From IMG/VR virus record IMGVR_UViG_3300045988_134081: a stretch of 39,335 nucleotides of DNA; one strand, 5' to 3'. The position numbers and the translations under genes are program-made. The notes under the pieces were generated by a model that was given only the letters and a program-made list of their open reading frames with translations, had not been told where the DNA came from and did no database searches. Below are positions 1 to 8,850 of the stretch, one piece after another (position 1 is the stretch's first letter; each line of letters begins with the position of its first letter). Source of the stretch: a virus.

Positions 1-55
1 TTTTGCTTTTTGTGCCGCCAACAACACCGGTTTCTCTGCTGAGCTCACCTACCAC
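1..55. repeat. Left copy of an exact 55-bp terminal direct repeat (circular-assembly overlap or terminal redundancy).
   Basis: ttttgctttttgtgccgccaacaacaccggtttctctgctgagctcacctaccac is identical to 39281-39335. Confidence 0.97.
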
Positions 56-3000
56 AGTGCCGTTGCCCTCTGCTCTGTACCACAAGTATGGAGTGTATTC
101 GGCATATTTTTTAAGGTCAACCCGCCACATTCCGCCGGCTGATGCTATTGCAACATTTTTGGTACCGAAATAAGCATTAGCCGTTGGGAATGCGGCAAAC
201 TGTTTTATCATTGCTCCGGGATTCAGCAGAAGTGCTGCACCCATATAGTTACCTTGCATGCGAGTCAACAAGTTATTGTCAATTGTGTCCTTTGACTTTT
301 GCAGGTCTCCCATAAGCTTATCAATATAATGCTCTGCAGCCTTACCGTATTTATCAATAATAGCCTCATGCAAAGTTGTTCCGTTAAGACTATTAGTATT
401 TATCCAGTTATACACTTTCTTAAAGTTCTCAATTGGTGTCGTCAATCCGCACCATTCGGCAACAGAGCTTGTGTGCCTGTTAAAGACTCTGAAAACATCG
501 TCAATAACAATAGGAGCAGACGAGCTTTCTCGGCGTTTCACAAAGCCTCTGCTTTTCATTCTAACGTCGTTAAACTCGGCAGAAAAGTCCTTTTCATATG
601 CGGCACCGTCACCGTACACGGAAATAGGAAAATAGTTCCTAACGGTAGCAATCAGCATACCATATTTTGACATGCTTACTTTGTTAATTTCCTGCTGGAG
701 TTCGTTATTAAGGACTTCGCTAATTGCTCCTGAAATTTCTCTGAGCATTTTATTGCTCTCAACATATCTCTTGATGTGTTGTAAATCCTCGAAAGTAAAT
801 CTAATCTTGTGACTGTTTTCAGACTTAGCTTTTTCCTGCTTGCTATGTCTGCGACTGTTAGCACTATCCAAATCGGGGAGTACGGTATAATGATTAAGTC
901 TATCGGCAAGCAAATGTCGTCTGCCTGATGATTGTTGATCTGTAAGATAGATTGACATTATAATGCCCTGACTGACCTTAACCCTTTCGCCTGTTTCGGT
1001 ATCTCTGAAATCAAATTCCTTAACATCATCCTTTTGTATTTTGGATAAATCTTTTTTGGAATACTGATAAGCAACACTTTGAACCTTGGTATAGGCTTTC
1101 TGCATTATCTTCTCACGCTTAACATCTCCGTCATGCAGATCCCTGAAAAGTTTCGCAACAATGCTGTCATCATTATATCCACTCAGAAATCTGCCGTATC
1201 TTACCGGGTCAAGGCTTGTTGCAACGAATCTATTACTTAACTCTTTCATATCCGATAATGCGGCATTGATTTTATTGCCGACAGTGTTTTTACTTAATAC
1301 ATTGATTTTCACCCCCTTGTTGTAATTTACATTTGAGACTTCATCAAGTGCTTTTGCCGCTGCGCTTGCAATGGATTCTCTTTGACCGCTAACGATAATT
1401 TCTGTAGCTTGTGTTAAAGAGGCTTCAAGGGCTGTCATTGTGTCATAGAGTAGCCTTAAATCAGATGAATCCAAATCGAAAATGTTTTTATATCCTACTT
1501 TGATAGGCTTGCCGTCTTCATCGTATATTGTTTCACCGTTTTCGTCGGTTGCATACTCAGCAAATTGATCTGTAATTATTTCAAGCATTTGGGCGGTTTG
1601 CTCATTGTACGCAATCGAGTTAATGTCAATGTATGAGTACTGCATACCTTCATGTGTGGATTTATCTTTGCCGGAAGATTCAGGTGCTAAAGACTTGTAC
1701 TCTTCATACAAGTTTCTTACCTGTTCACCGATTTCAGCAACATTGTTCCATGCTCCGAAATATTTCGGTATAGTTTTTTTGCCACCATTCTTATATTGTC
1801 CGGGGTCAGCAGATTCTTTAAAACCTATCAATACATTAAGTATAGGTCTTTTGAGGGATTCGGGGATATTCTCGGTATTTTTTGACTTGGCGTCAAACTT
1901 TTTAACCAATTTGTCAAACTTTCTGCCGAGCATTTGCATATATTTTGTTTGCTCTCTTTTTTCGGTATATTGAGCCCTAAAGGTATCTTTGACGGTCTTA
2001 ATAATGGCTTTTTGGTTTTTACTTAACTCTTCAAGCTCGTGGATTTTATCACGATACCTTTTTGCTTCTTCTGATTTTTTATCTTTCAAAGCATTATATG
2101 CCTGACGGTATTTTTCGCGCTGTTCGTTGTATTTTGCTTTCTGCTCGGCAATGTCAGTTTTATAATTTTCAATAGTTTTTTGATTCAGCGCAGTCTTAGC
2201 TTTTTCAGCCTGTCTCAATGCCTTGTTAATATCTCTAAGTTTTCGCTTGTCAATATTATTCTGCATTACTGCCGCTTTTCCCTGCTGTTTGAGGTATTCC
2301 GCTGTAGTATCAAACGCCATTTGAATAGCCGCCGCATCAATCGTGCTTTCGCTTTCAAACTCACCGTCATATGTTGCCACATACTGCGGTGCTAATACAT
2401 AATTCATAATATGGTCAAGCATACGATAACCGCTGTCGCTGTCCCAGTCAAAGCCGTCCTCTATCATAAGTGACCTGCCCCCGATATTTTCAAGGTGAGA
2501 GCCGATATCTTCAATGTATGAACCAACTGCATTACCGTTAATTCCTTTTGCATTATGCTCTAATTTTACGTTGATTTTGCCAAACAAGGCTTTTTTGTAT
2601 TTTCCAACGCTGCCGTAATTTTCTTTGATTGTGTCAATTGCGTTCTCGGGGATAAGCAGAGTGGTGCCTTTTAATTCGTCGCGAATTTCTTTGGCCCACG
2701 CTTCATGCTGTTCGTCAAGCTGTGTCGAGTATCTAAAGGTATCGCGACACTTCAAGACAAAATCCTCAAAGGCATCAGTAAAGTTTGACTTATCGTTTTG
2801 TACAGCGTCAATGAATGTATTCAAGGCATCCACATACTCGGTAACAAGCGAGTCCGTTTCAGCATTAGGATTAATGTGGTAGCTTCTCATTACAGACTTA
2901 ACCATATTATAGATTTTCTTCTGCTCAGGCTTAATGCCCTTGCCGGCAAGTAAACCCTCTTTAACATTGCGTGCCGAGTGATGGTATATCTGCTCAATCG

Positions 3001-6000
3001 TCAATTCAGGGTTGTTCTTGTCAACTGCCTTGTCAAAATCAATGTGCTGTTCGTCATTGTCATTAAAATCAAATAAGTCATCGTATTCATCGTCAATTGA
3101 AAAATTCAGCGTATCGTGTATTGCACCGGCTTTTTCATCTGTAAAATCATAATCTTCATCAAGGCTGTAGCGAATATCAGGGTTGTTGCCGTCAAATGTT
3201 CCGATATTGTCTGTTGCAGATTTAACCTGAGTATTTTCAAATGCTATGAATGTTTTTGTGCTTCTTCCAAAACTGCCGACATCATTATTAACGATAACAC
3301 CGTCATAATTGCTGTTTTTGAAATAATCATCTATCAAGGCTTTAGCGTTATGGCTTGCTTCATTAACCTTATTTTCCCATTCTTCCATAATTTCATCAAG
3401 TGCATCTCTTGATATGGATTTTTGGTACTCTTCTTCAGATATTTCACCGTTCTTTTTCGCATTCCACAGCTTTTGATATTCCTCGTTTTCTCTTTTCATC
3501 TCCTCGTTGAATTTAGCCTTGTATTCCTTATTAACGCTGTCTATCGCACTTTTAGCTTTCGTATATCCCTGTACATTCTTATCGTAAAATTTAACAAGTT
3601 CGCTTCTGTTGTTGACAATGAGGGGATTTTTAATAGAGGCATACAACGGCATTTGAATATTTCCGCCAACTCCGATATCGTTGTTTGTCGGTTTCATAAA
3701 TATACCCGTCGGCATTTCGCTGTCAAATTCTCCCGAACCTTTTTGTTTTGTATCAAAGGTTGTAAACTCTTTTCCTGTTTGGTGGTACAAAACAAGCGGT
3801 TCACCGTTGTTGTCTACCGCTTTACTTGCTTTTGCAGGGCTATTCTGCCAATCACCGAACCATCTGATAAATTGTTTGCTTTGAGTAATATTATTGATTT
3901 TTTTATTGACATTATCATCAAATTTCGCTTGTACTATGTTGTCGGTACTTCCTATTGAATATTTCTCAACATCAATCTTCTCACCGTTCTGAACCTCTGT
4001 TTGCTCGGTGATGTTTTCTTTTGCGGTGTCTGCCGCCTCTGAAAATTTTTGAGCGAGTTTTTCAAGAGCTTCAAGGTCTTTGGCAAAGGCCTTGGCTCCG
4101 TAGTTTTGGCTTTTGCCGATGAGCCAATCCTTTACTTTTGCAATCAAAGATTTAATTGCCGCTGCAATTCTTGATTTATTCTGCTTCGTTCTGAGGGCAA
4201 TATTGAGAGCCTTTTCATCTGAGGCAATGCTCATAAGTGTGTCGCATACCATTTCTTCCAGTGCGGCATCTCTTGTGTTTTCGTGTTCATCGGCCTGCAG
4301 TCGGTTGCCGTACCTCTCAATAGTGCGGTCAATCATCTTGTTAAGGTCAACACCCTTGCGTACAAGGTAGTCTGACACAAAGTCACTCAATGTTCTCCAT
4401 TCGGTCGGGTTGGTTTTCTTAATCATATGTCCGGCTTCGTGTAAAGCTGTGGCAAGGATTTTCTGACTGCTGATTTCCGAACTAAGGATAATATTACCGT
4501 CACTTGCAACACCGTTCACTCCGTCTGCAAGGCGGTCTGAAATAATAATGTTTCTGCCCGTCTTTGTCGCAAGGTTGCCGAGTGTATTAATAAGCTCCTG
4601 CGGAATGTGCGAGACTTCTGTTCCGCTGTCTGCATACACGCCCACACCGCTTGTGTCTGCTCTGCCGTTGCGGTTGATTAACTCGGTCAGTCTGTTGGCA
4701 TGGTGTTGAGTGTTAATGTCAACATCTCTTCTGCCGGTGCTCAATGCCTGACTTACAATCTGTTCACCGAGAATATTTTTAAGGATTTTATATTCAGAGG
4801 TTTCTTTTAAAGAATCAAGTTTAACACCCTCTCTGCCGTAGTTGTATGCGGCTGAATAAGCATTATTATACTTATACAGCTGTTCTTCGTCACTCATTTT
4901 CTGCGCCTGCGGACTTTCACTCCACTCTTCAAAGTTTGAAATATAGTTTCTTGCACCGTATGTATCAAATTCGTTTGCACTGTGAACAATTGTATCAAGC
5001 TTGCTGTTTGAAAATGTTATACTGTCGGCATTAACCTGTTTGCCGTCATTTGTATTGAACACAAGTGTATTTTCGTCGTCATTGCGATTGATTTTAGCCG
5101 AGCTTTCAAGGCTCTTTAGTGCAATCTTGACAACCTTGCCTGTTGAAGTATCTGTTGCGATAATGCCGTTTGGGTGCTTCTTGCCAAATGCATATGCACC
5201 GTACATTTTGCCGATAGCCTCTGTATCGGCTTTTTTTGTTGCGTTGATTGCAGTGCTTGCCTGTGCCTGTTCTGCGTTCTGCTGTCCGTTCTGAGCCGTG
5301 TTCTGCTGTGTAGGGTTCTGTTCGTTCTGAACATTAACAGTCTGATTGCCTTGCTCTTGTGTATTCTGCTTTTTAACCTGAGCTATTCTGTTTACAAGTT
5401 CGGGATTTTTGGCAACCTCTCTGTTGATAAGATACATAAGGTTGCCGACATCTCCGGCACTGATTTTTCCCTCGTTATCGGTTTCAACGAGTTTCTGCAT
5501 TTTTTTAGCATAATTGTATGCTCTATCATTTTTGTCGGTTGCAAGACCTTGACTGATGAGCAAATCAAGGTCAAAGTTTTCATCGGCCATAACAGCTTTA
5601 CCGATTTGAATGTTGCTCTCTTTATTTTGTGCCATATCAATTTTTGCACCTGCAAGATTGACACCTGCGGTAGCAAGGTTAAGCACACCGCCCGATATTG
5701 CACCGCCGGCAAAATCAAGTCCGACGCTCTTCCAAAAGTGCCAGCTTGCGGCATTCTCCGCCTCAGCCTCATTCATTCCCTGTTCCATATAATTCTTCTT
5801 AGCAAGGTTGTATGAAGATAGGTCCTTGTTAATTGCGTCATCTGTCAATCTGTTTGCAAGGTCGGTAAAGGCCTCTTCCGAGCCTTCAGTAAATGCACCT
5901 TTAAGCACATTACCAACAGCAGCTCGAAATGTGCTTTTACCGCTTGCTTTAAACGCTGAGAGCTGTTCAAGAGAAACCTTTTCAAAAAGGGTTTCTGCAA

Positions 6001-7579
6001 TACCTGATGCAATACCGGTCTTTACCGCATTGTCAATTGTACCGCCATTGTTGATTACATCATTCGCTGCACCGACTCCGGCACTTGTGCCCATAATGCC
6101 GAGTGACAAAGCCTGTCCGCCCGGAACGGCATTGAGCGGTAACAAAGAGGCAAAGTCGGCCATACTCATTCCTGTGTTGTAAAGGAATGAACCGAAATCA
6201 TTGTTAATGTTTTCAGATACCTTTGCACGCATAGCGTCAGATATAGCCGTACCTGTTTCCTCGGGGTTAATATATCCGTCACCGCCGTTATATTTCTTAT
6301 CAAGGTCGGTTGAGATATATTTTATCGCATCGGGAACAGCACCACCGAGCCTTGCTCCTACACTTGCAATTGAACCGAGTATAGGATGTTCATCAGCATA
6401 CTCTGTACTTATTCTTGTAGTTTCCGCTGCTTTTTCTGCATCTCTTTCTCTTTCATACCATTTATATAATGATTCGGTGTCATAACCTTCCTTTTTCAGA
6501 TTCTTAAAATTCTTTTCAATCTGTGTACGCTCTTTGTCGGACAACTTGTTAATGTAGTTATAATCATCAAGAGTCACCTGATTTTTTATGCTGTCAGTAT
6601 CGTGTCCTGTACTTGCAAGCATATGCTTGGTATCATCATAGTGTTGTAAAGCATAGTACTTTTGCATTACAGTTTTGAGTATAACATTCTCATCAACTAT
6701 ATCGTCATACTCTCTTTTTTTCTGTTCAGAAAGTTTAGCTCTATTGATGTATGTATCAATTTTATCCTGTTCATCTTCAATATTCCTGCGTCTTGCTTCT
6801 TTGTTTTCGTCTGTACCTGTTGTTCCTCTGTCATACAGATTTTCGTATTCTTTGCTCAGTTCTTTTTTGTATTCTTCCAACTCCTTACTTGATGAGTTGT
6901 CATACATATGCTTGTTCAGCCAGTCAAGCTCTTCTGTTGTTGCGTGTATGCGTGCATTTTTCCTCTGTTCAAGCGTAGAGTTTTTGTATTTATCTGCATA
7001 CTTCTGTTCTTTCTCTGCCTGTTCTGCAAGTTTTGCGTTTTCAGCTTCTGCAATTTCGACATTCTGTCGGTTTATTTCCGTCTGCTTATTAACCCTGTCG
7101 GCAAGCTCGTCATATTCTTTCTGCATTTTCTCGGCTGTTTTGGTGTCACCTGTTGCAACCGCCGCGTTATACATGTATGTAAGTCCTTTGACTCTATCAT
7201 TCAAAGACTTGTTCGGGTTTTTAATTGTCTCCTTAAAATCCTCTGCAGAGCTATTCGCCTTATTCAAATTTCCGTTAAAAAAGGATTTAATATCCGAGCC
7301 TGTACTTGAAGAAGTATTGTTGCTGTTTTTCTTTCGGTTAATGATATTAAACATTTCGTTAACAGTCATTCTCGAACTTGTTTTTCCTGTGTCATTGTTG
7401 CCGGTAGTATCTTCTGTTTCACCGCTGACAATTTTACGGATAGTCATTTCAGAATTATGCTGAGGTTCAAGATTTCTTCCTATAAAATCTCCGCTTCTTG
7501 CTCCCAAATTGCTGAAATTATCCTTGCGGTATTTTTTACTGCTCTGCCTGCCTGTGATTATATCTTTTAATTCACCCAT
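1..7579 (-). CDS. Giant polyvalent-type virion (probably ejected) protein, N-terminal part. It continues across the circular junction into 39335..37671 for about 3,062 aa in total. It is absent from the supplied ORF track.
   Basis: ATG at 7579-7577 with AAGGAG 9 nt upstream and an in-frame TAA just upstream (7586-7588). Hand translation starts MGELKDIITGRQSSKKYRKDNFSNLGARSGDF. The frame (codon starts = 2 mod 3) was checked base by base and is open for the first 66 codons, at 56-322 and at 662-721. The track lists stop-terminated ORFs >=60 aa but none in this frame between 1 and 7579, which requires that no stop occurs before position 1. The codon at 53-55 is in phase with ORF 37671..39335. 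Contains ATALHEAGHM (HExxH at 4441..4427). Confidence 0.88.
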   Translation of the reverse strand, partial: MGELKDIITGRQSSKKYRKDNFSNLGARSGDFIGRNLEPQHNSEMTIRKIVSGETEDTTGNNDTGKTSSRMTVNEMFNIINRKKNSNNTSSSTGSDIKSFFNGNLNKANSSAEDFKETIKNPNKSLNDRVKGLTYMYNAAVATGDTKTAEKMQKEYDELADRVNKQTEINRQNVEIAEAENAKLAEQAEKEQKYADKYKNSTLEQRKNARIHATTEELDWLNKHMYDNSSSKELEEYKKELSKEYENLYDRGTTGTDENKEARRRNIEDEQDKIDTYINRAKLSEQKKREYDDIVDENVILKTVMQKYYALQHYDDTKHMLASTGHDTDSIKNQVTLDDYNYINKLSDKERTQIEKNFKNLKKEGYDTESLYKWYERERDAEKAAETTRISTEYADEHPILGSIASVGARLGGAVPDAIKYISTDLDKKYNGGDGYINPEETGTAISDAMRAKVSENINNDFGSFLYNTGMSMADFASLLPLNAVPGGQALSLGIMGTSAGVGAANDVINNGGTIDNAVKTGIASGIAETLFEKVSLEQLSAFKASGKSTFRAAVGNVLKGAFTEGSEEAFTDLANRLTDDAINKDLSSYNLAKKNYMEQGMNEAEAENAASWHFWKSVGLDFAGGAISGGVLNLATAGVNLAGAKIDMAQNKESNIQIGKAVMADENFDLDLLISQGLATDKNDRAYNYAKKMQKLVETDNEGKISAGDVGNLMYLINREVAKNPELVNRIAQVKKQNTQEQGNQTVNVQNEQNPTQQNTAQNGQQNAEQAQASTAINATKKADTEAIGKMYGAYAFGKKHPNGIIATDTSTGKVVKIALKSLESSAKINRNDDENTLVFNTNDGKQVNADSITFSNSKLDTIVHSANEFDTYGARNYISNFEEWSESPQAQKMSDEEQLYKYNNAYSAAYNYGREGVKLDSLKETSEYKILKNILGEQIVSQALSTGRRDVDINTQHHANRLTELINRNGRADTSGVGVYADSGTEVSHIPQELINTLGNLATKTGRNIIISDRLADGVNGVASDGNIILSSEISSQKILATALHEAGHMIKKTNPTEWRTLSDFVSDYLVRKGVDLNKMIDRTIERYGNRLQADEHENTRDAALEEMVCDTLMSIASDEKALNIALRTKQNKSRIAAAIKSLIAKVKDWLIGKSQNYGAKAFAKDLEALEKLAQKFSEAADTAKENITEQTEVQNGEKIDVEKYSIGSTDNIVQAKFDDNVNKKINNITQSKQFIRWFGDWQNSPAKASKAVDNNGEPLVLYHQTGKEFTTFDTKQKGSGEFDSEMPTGIFMKPTNNDIGVGGNIQMPLYASIKNPLIVNNRSELVKFYDKNVQGYTKAKSAIDSVNKEYKAKFNEEMKRENEEYQKLWNAKKNGEISEEEYQKSISRDALDEIMEEWENKVNEASHNAKALIDDYFKNSNYDGVIVNNDVGSFGRSTKTFIAFENTQVKSATDNIGTFDGNNPDIRYSLDEDYDFTDEKAGAIHDTLNFSIDDEYDDLFDFNDNDEQHIDFDKAVDKNNPELTIEQIYHHSARNVKEGLLAGKGIKPEQKKIYNMVKSVMRSYHINPNAETDSLVTEYVDALNTFIDAVQNDKSNFTDAFEDFVLKCRDTFRYSTQLDEQHEAWAKEIRDELKGTTLLIPENAIDTIKENYGSVGKYKKALFGKINVKLEHNAKGINGNAVGSYIEDIGSHLENIGGRSLMIEDGFDWDSDSGYRMLDHIMNYVLAPQYVATYDGEFESESTIDAAAIQMAFDTTAEYLKQQGKAAVMQNNIDKRKLRDINKALRQAEKAKTALNQKTIENYKTDIAEQKAKYNEQREKYRQAYNALKDKKSEEAKRYRDKIHELEELSKNQKAIIKTVKDTFRAQYTEKREQTKYMQMLGRKFDKLVKKFDAKSKNTENIPESLKRPILNVLIGFKESADPGQYKNGGKKTIPKYFGAWNNVAEIGEQVRNLYEEYKSLAPESSGKDKSTHEGMQYSYIDINSIAYNEQTAQMLEIITDQFAEYATDENGETIYDEDGKPIKVGYKNIFDLDSSDLRLLYDTMTALEASLTQATEIIVSGQRESIASAAAKALDEVSNVNYNKGVKINVLSKNTVGNKINAALSDMKELSNRFVATSLDPVRYGRFLSGYNDDSIVAKLFRDLHDGDVKREKIMQKAYTKVQSVAYQYSKKDLSKIQKDDVKEFDFRDTETGERVKVSQGIIMSIYLTDQQSSGRRHLLADRLNHYTVLPDLDSANSRRHSKQEKAKSENSHKIRFTFEDLQHIKRYVESNKMLREISGAISEVLNNELQQEINKVSMSKYGMLIATVRNYFPISVYGDGAAYEKDFSAEFNDVRMKSRGFVKRRESSSAPIVIDDVFRVFNRHTSSVAEWCGLTTPIENFKKVYNWINTNSLNGTTLHEAIIDKYGKAAEHYIDKLMGDLQKSKDTIDNNLLTRMQGNYMGAALLLNPGAMIKQFAAFPTANAYFGTKNVAIASAGGMWRVDLKKYAEYTPYLWYRAEGNGTVVGELSRETGVVGGTKSK

Positions 7580-7601
7580 ATAGTTTTACTCCTTAATCGT
7601 C

Positions 7602-8849
7602 TTAATCGTCAAGTGACAGTCCGTATTTCGCTGAGAGGTATGCAACATCTGCCGCACTCAACTGTCCCATATTGTGTCCCTGAATTAAGCTGCCTCTGAT
7701 AAACTTCTTATTCTTCTGCTTATCAAGTCCCATTGTTGTTGCAAAGCTGTCGGCAAGTTCGCTGTTATACTTGCTTCCGTCGCTTGTTATGCCGATTTTC
7801 TTGTATAGATAATCCCTTTCGTCATCGTTGATATAGCCCTCACGATACTTTTCGTCAATATATGTCTGAGCGTACACGGTGTAATTGACTGCACCGCCTT
7901 CTTTGTATAATGCTCCGTCCTCTTTGTTGCCCGTGCCCTTTTTAAAATCATTTTTCGTAACGCCCATTGAGGCAAATACAGCATTTGCATTTTCGGTTTT
8001 GCCTTTGTTTTTCTCAGCCTTTGCTTTTGCTTTTTCTGCCGCTGTCTGTGCTTTAACATAAGCAGTATAAGCCGCCTTATTTCTTTCATACTCAATCTTC
8101 TGAGCATTTTCTCTTTCTGCCTGTGCATTTTGTGCAAGCTGATTTGCGCTTACCGTGTCATACAAATAGCGTTGACTGTCTGCTGCTCTTGCTGATGAGA
8201 GATTATTTACTGCTCCATTAAGTTTTGTGGAGTAAACATCATTGTTAGCGCTGTCAAGGTTTGTGTCTGCCTGTCTGTCGGTTGAGTACCTGCTTGCAAG
8301 AAGATTAAGATAGTTCTTGTAGTCTCCTACCGTGTCACGATTACGGCTGTAATCCGTACCCTCAAGCGTGTTATAGAGGTTAAGTACATTTGCGTTTTTC
8401 TCCTGTTTTGCTTGATAGTCCTGTTGTGCAAGCCCCTTAAATGTGCTTTCTGCGTCGCTTATATTTCCCATACGGCCATTGTAAACCTCGTCTGCGACAG
8501 TATCGGCATAGGTAGGATTGTAACCGCCTGCAAGCTGATTAGCTGTATTACGGCTTGTATCTCGTGCCATAGCGGCATTCTGCGCAAATTCCTTGCGGTA
8601 CTGCTGATATGCTTTATCCTGCATCGGATCATATTCAAATCCTCTGCCTGTCAGATAGTTGCTTATAGCGTCATCTAACTTACCGCTGTAAGTGCTTTTG
8701 TAATCGCCTGTTTGATTTGCCGCTGCTGATTCTGCACCCGCAAGAGCGGTGGCACTCTGCTTAGTGTCACCGCTCACCGTCTGATTCGGTACTTCATTCA
8801 TAAGGTCATTATAAATCTTTTCTTCACTGTTCACGCTCAATGTTCTCAC
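7602..8849 (-). CDS. Q/N/Y/A-rich virion protein (putative internal/ejection protein), paralog of 8851..9660.
   Basis: 415-aa ORF tightly packed between structural genes. It shares the motifs Y-x-S-x-Y-x-G-x-[IL]-D, F-[DE]-[WY]-x-P, Q-Q-[AY]-[KR]-x-[KE]-[YF] and GGY-x-x-TY with the upstream gene. Confidence 0.75.
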   Translation of the reverse strand: MRTLSVNSEEKIYNDLMNEVPNQTVSGDTKQSATALAGAESAAANQTGDYKSTYSGKLDDAISNYLTGRGFEYDPMQDKAYQQYRKEFAQNAAMARDTSRNTANQLAGGYNPTYADTVADEVYNGRMGNISDAESTFKGLAQQDYQAKQEKNANVLNLYNTLEGTDYSRNRDTVGDYKNYLNLLASRYSTDRQADTNLDSANNDVYSTKLNGAVNNLSSARAADSQRYLYDTVSANQLAQNAQAERENAQKIEYERNKAAYTAYVKAQTAAEKAKAKAEKNKGKTENANAVFASMGVTKNDFKKGTGNKEDGALYKEGGAVNYTVYAQTYIDEKYREGYINDDERDYLYKKIGITSDGSKYNSELADSFATTMGLDKQKNKKFIRGSLIQGHNMGQLSAADVAYLSAKYGLSLDD

Positions 8850-8850
8850 C

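Noticed and set aside
299-7463. About 25 plus-strand, and a few alternate-frame minus-strand, ORFs of 60-262 aa listed in the track across 1-7600 (e.g. 6675..7463, 5174..5815, 3422..3958, 5392..5772).
   Set aside because: All are antisense to, or out of frame with, the continuous 2,526-codon minus-strand ORF. Their products are S/F/L/C-rich low-complexity strings without RBSs, which is typical of shadow ORFs.
1-7579. The giant protein as an N4/crAss-like virion RNA polymerase.
   Set aside because: I noticed no DxDGD-type two-barrel catalytic motif or T7-like polymerase motifs in my hand translation, whereas an HExxH motif and a polyvalent-type module are present. This is a visual scan only, so certainty is low; a profile search should confirm it.
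1-7600. Stop-codon reassignment (alternative genetic code) as the explanation for the apparent lack of long ORFs at the left end.
   Set aside because: With the standard code the minus frame from the ATG at 7579 is already open to the window edge. The gap is a reporting artefact for an ORF that has no stop inside the window.
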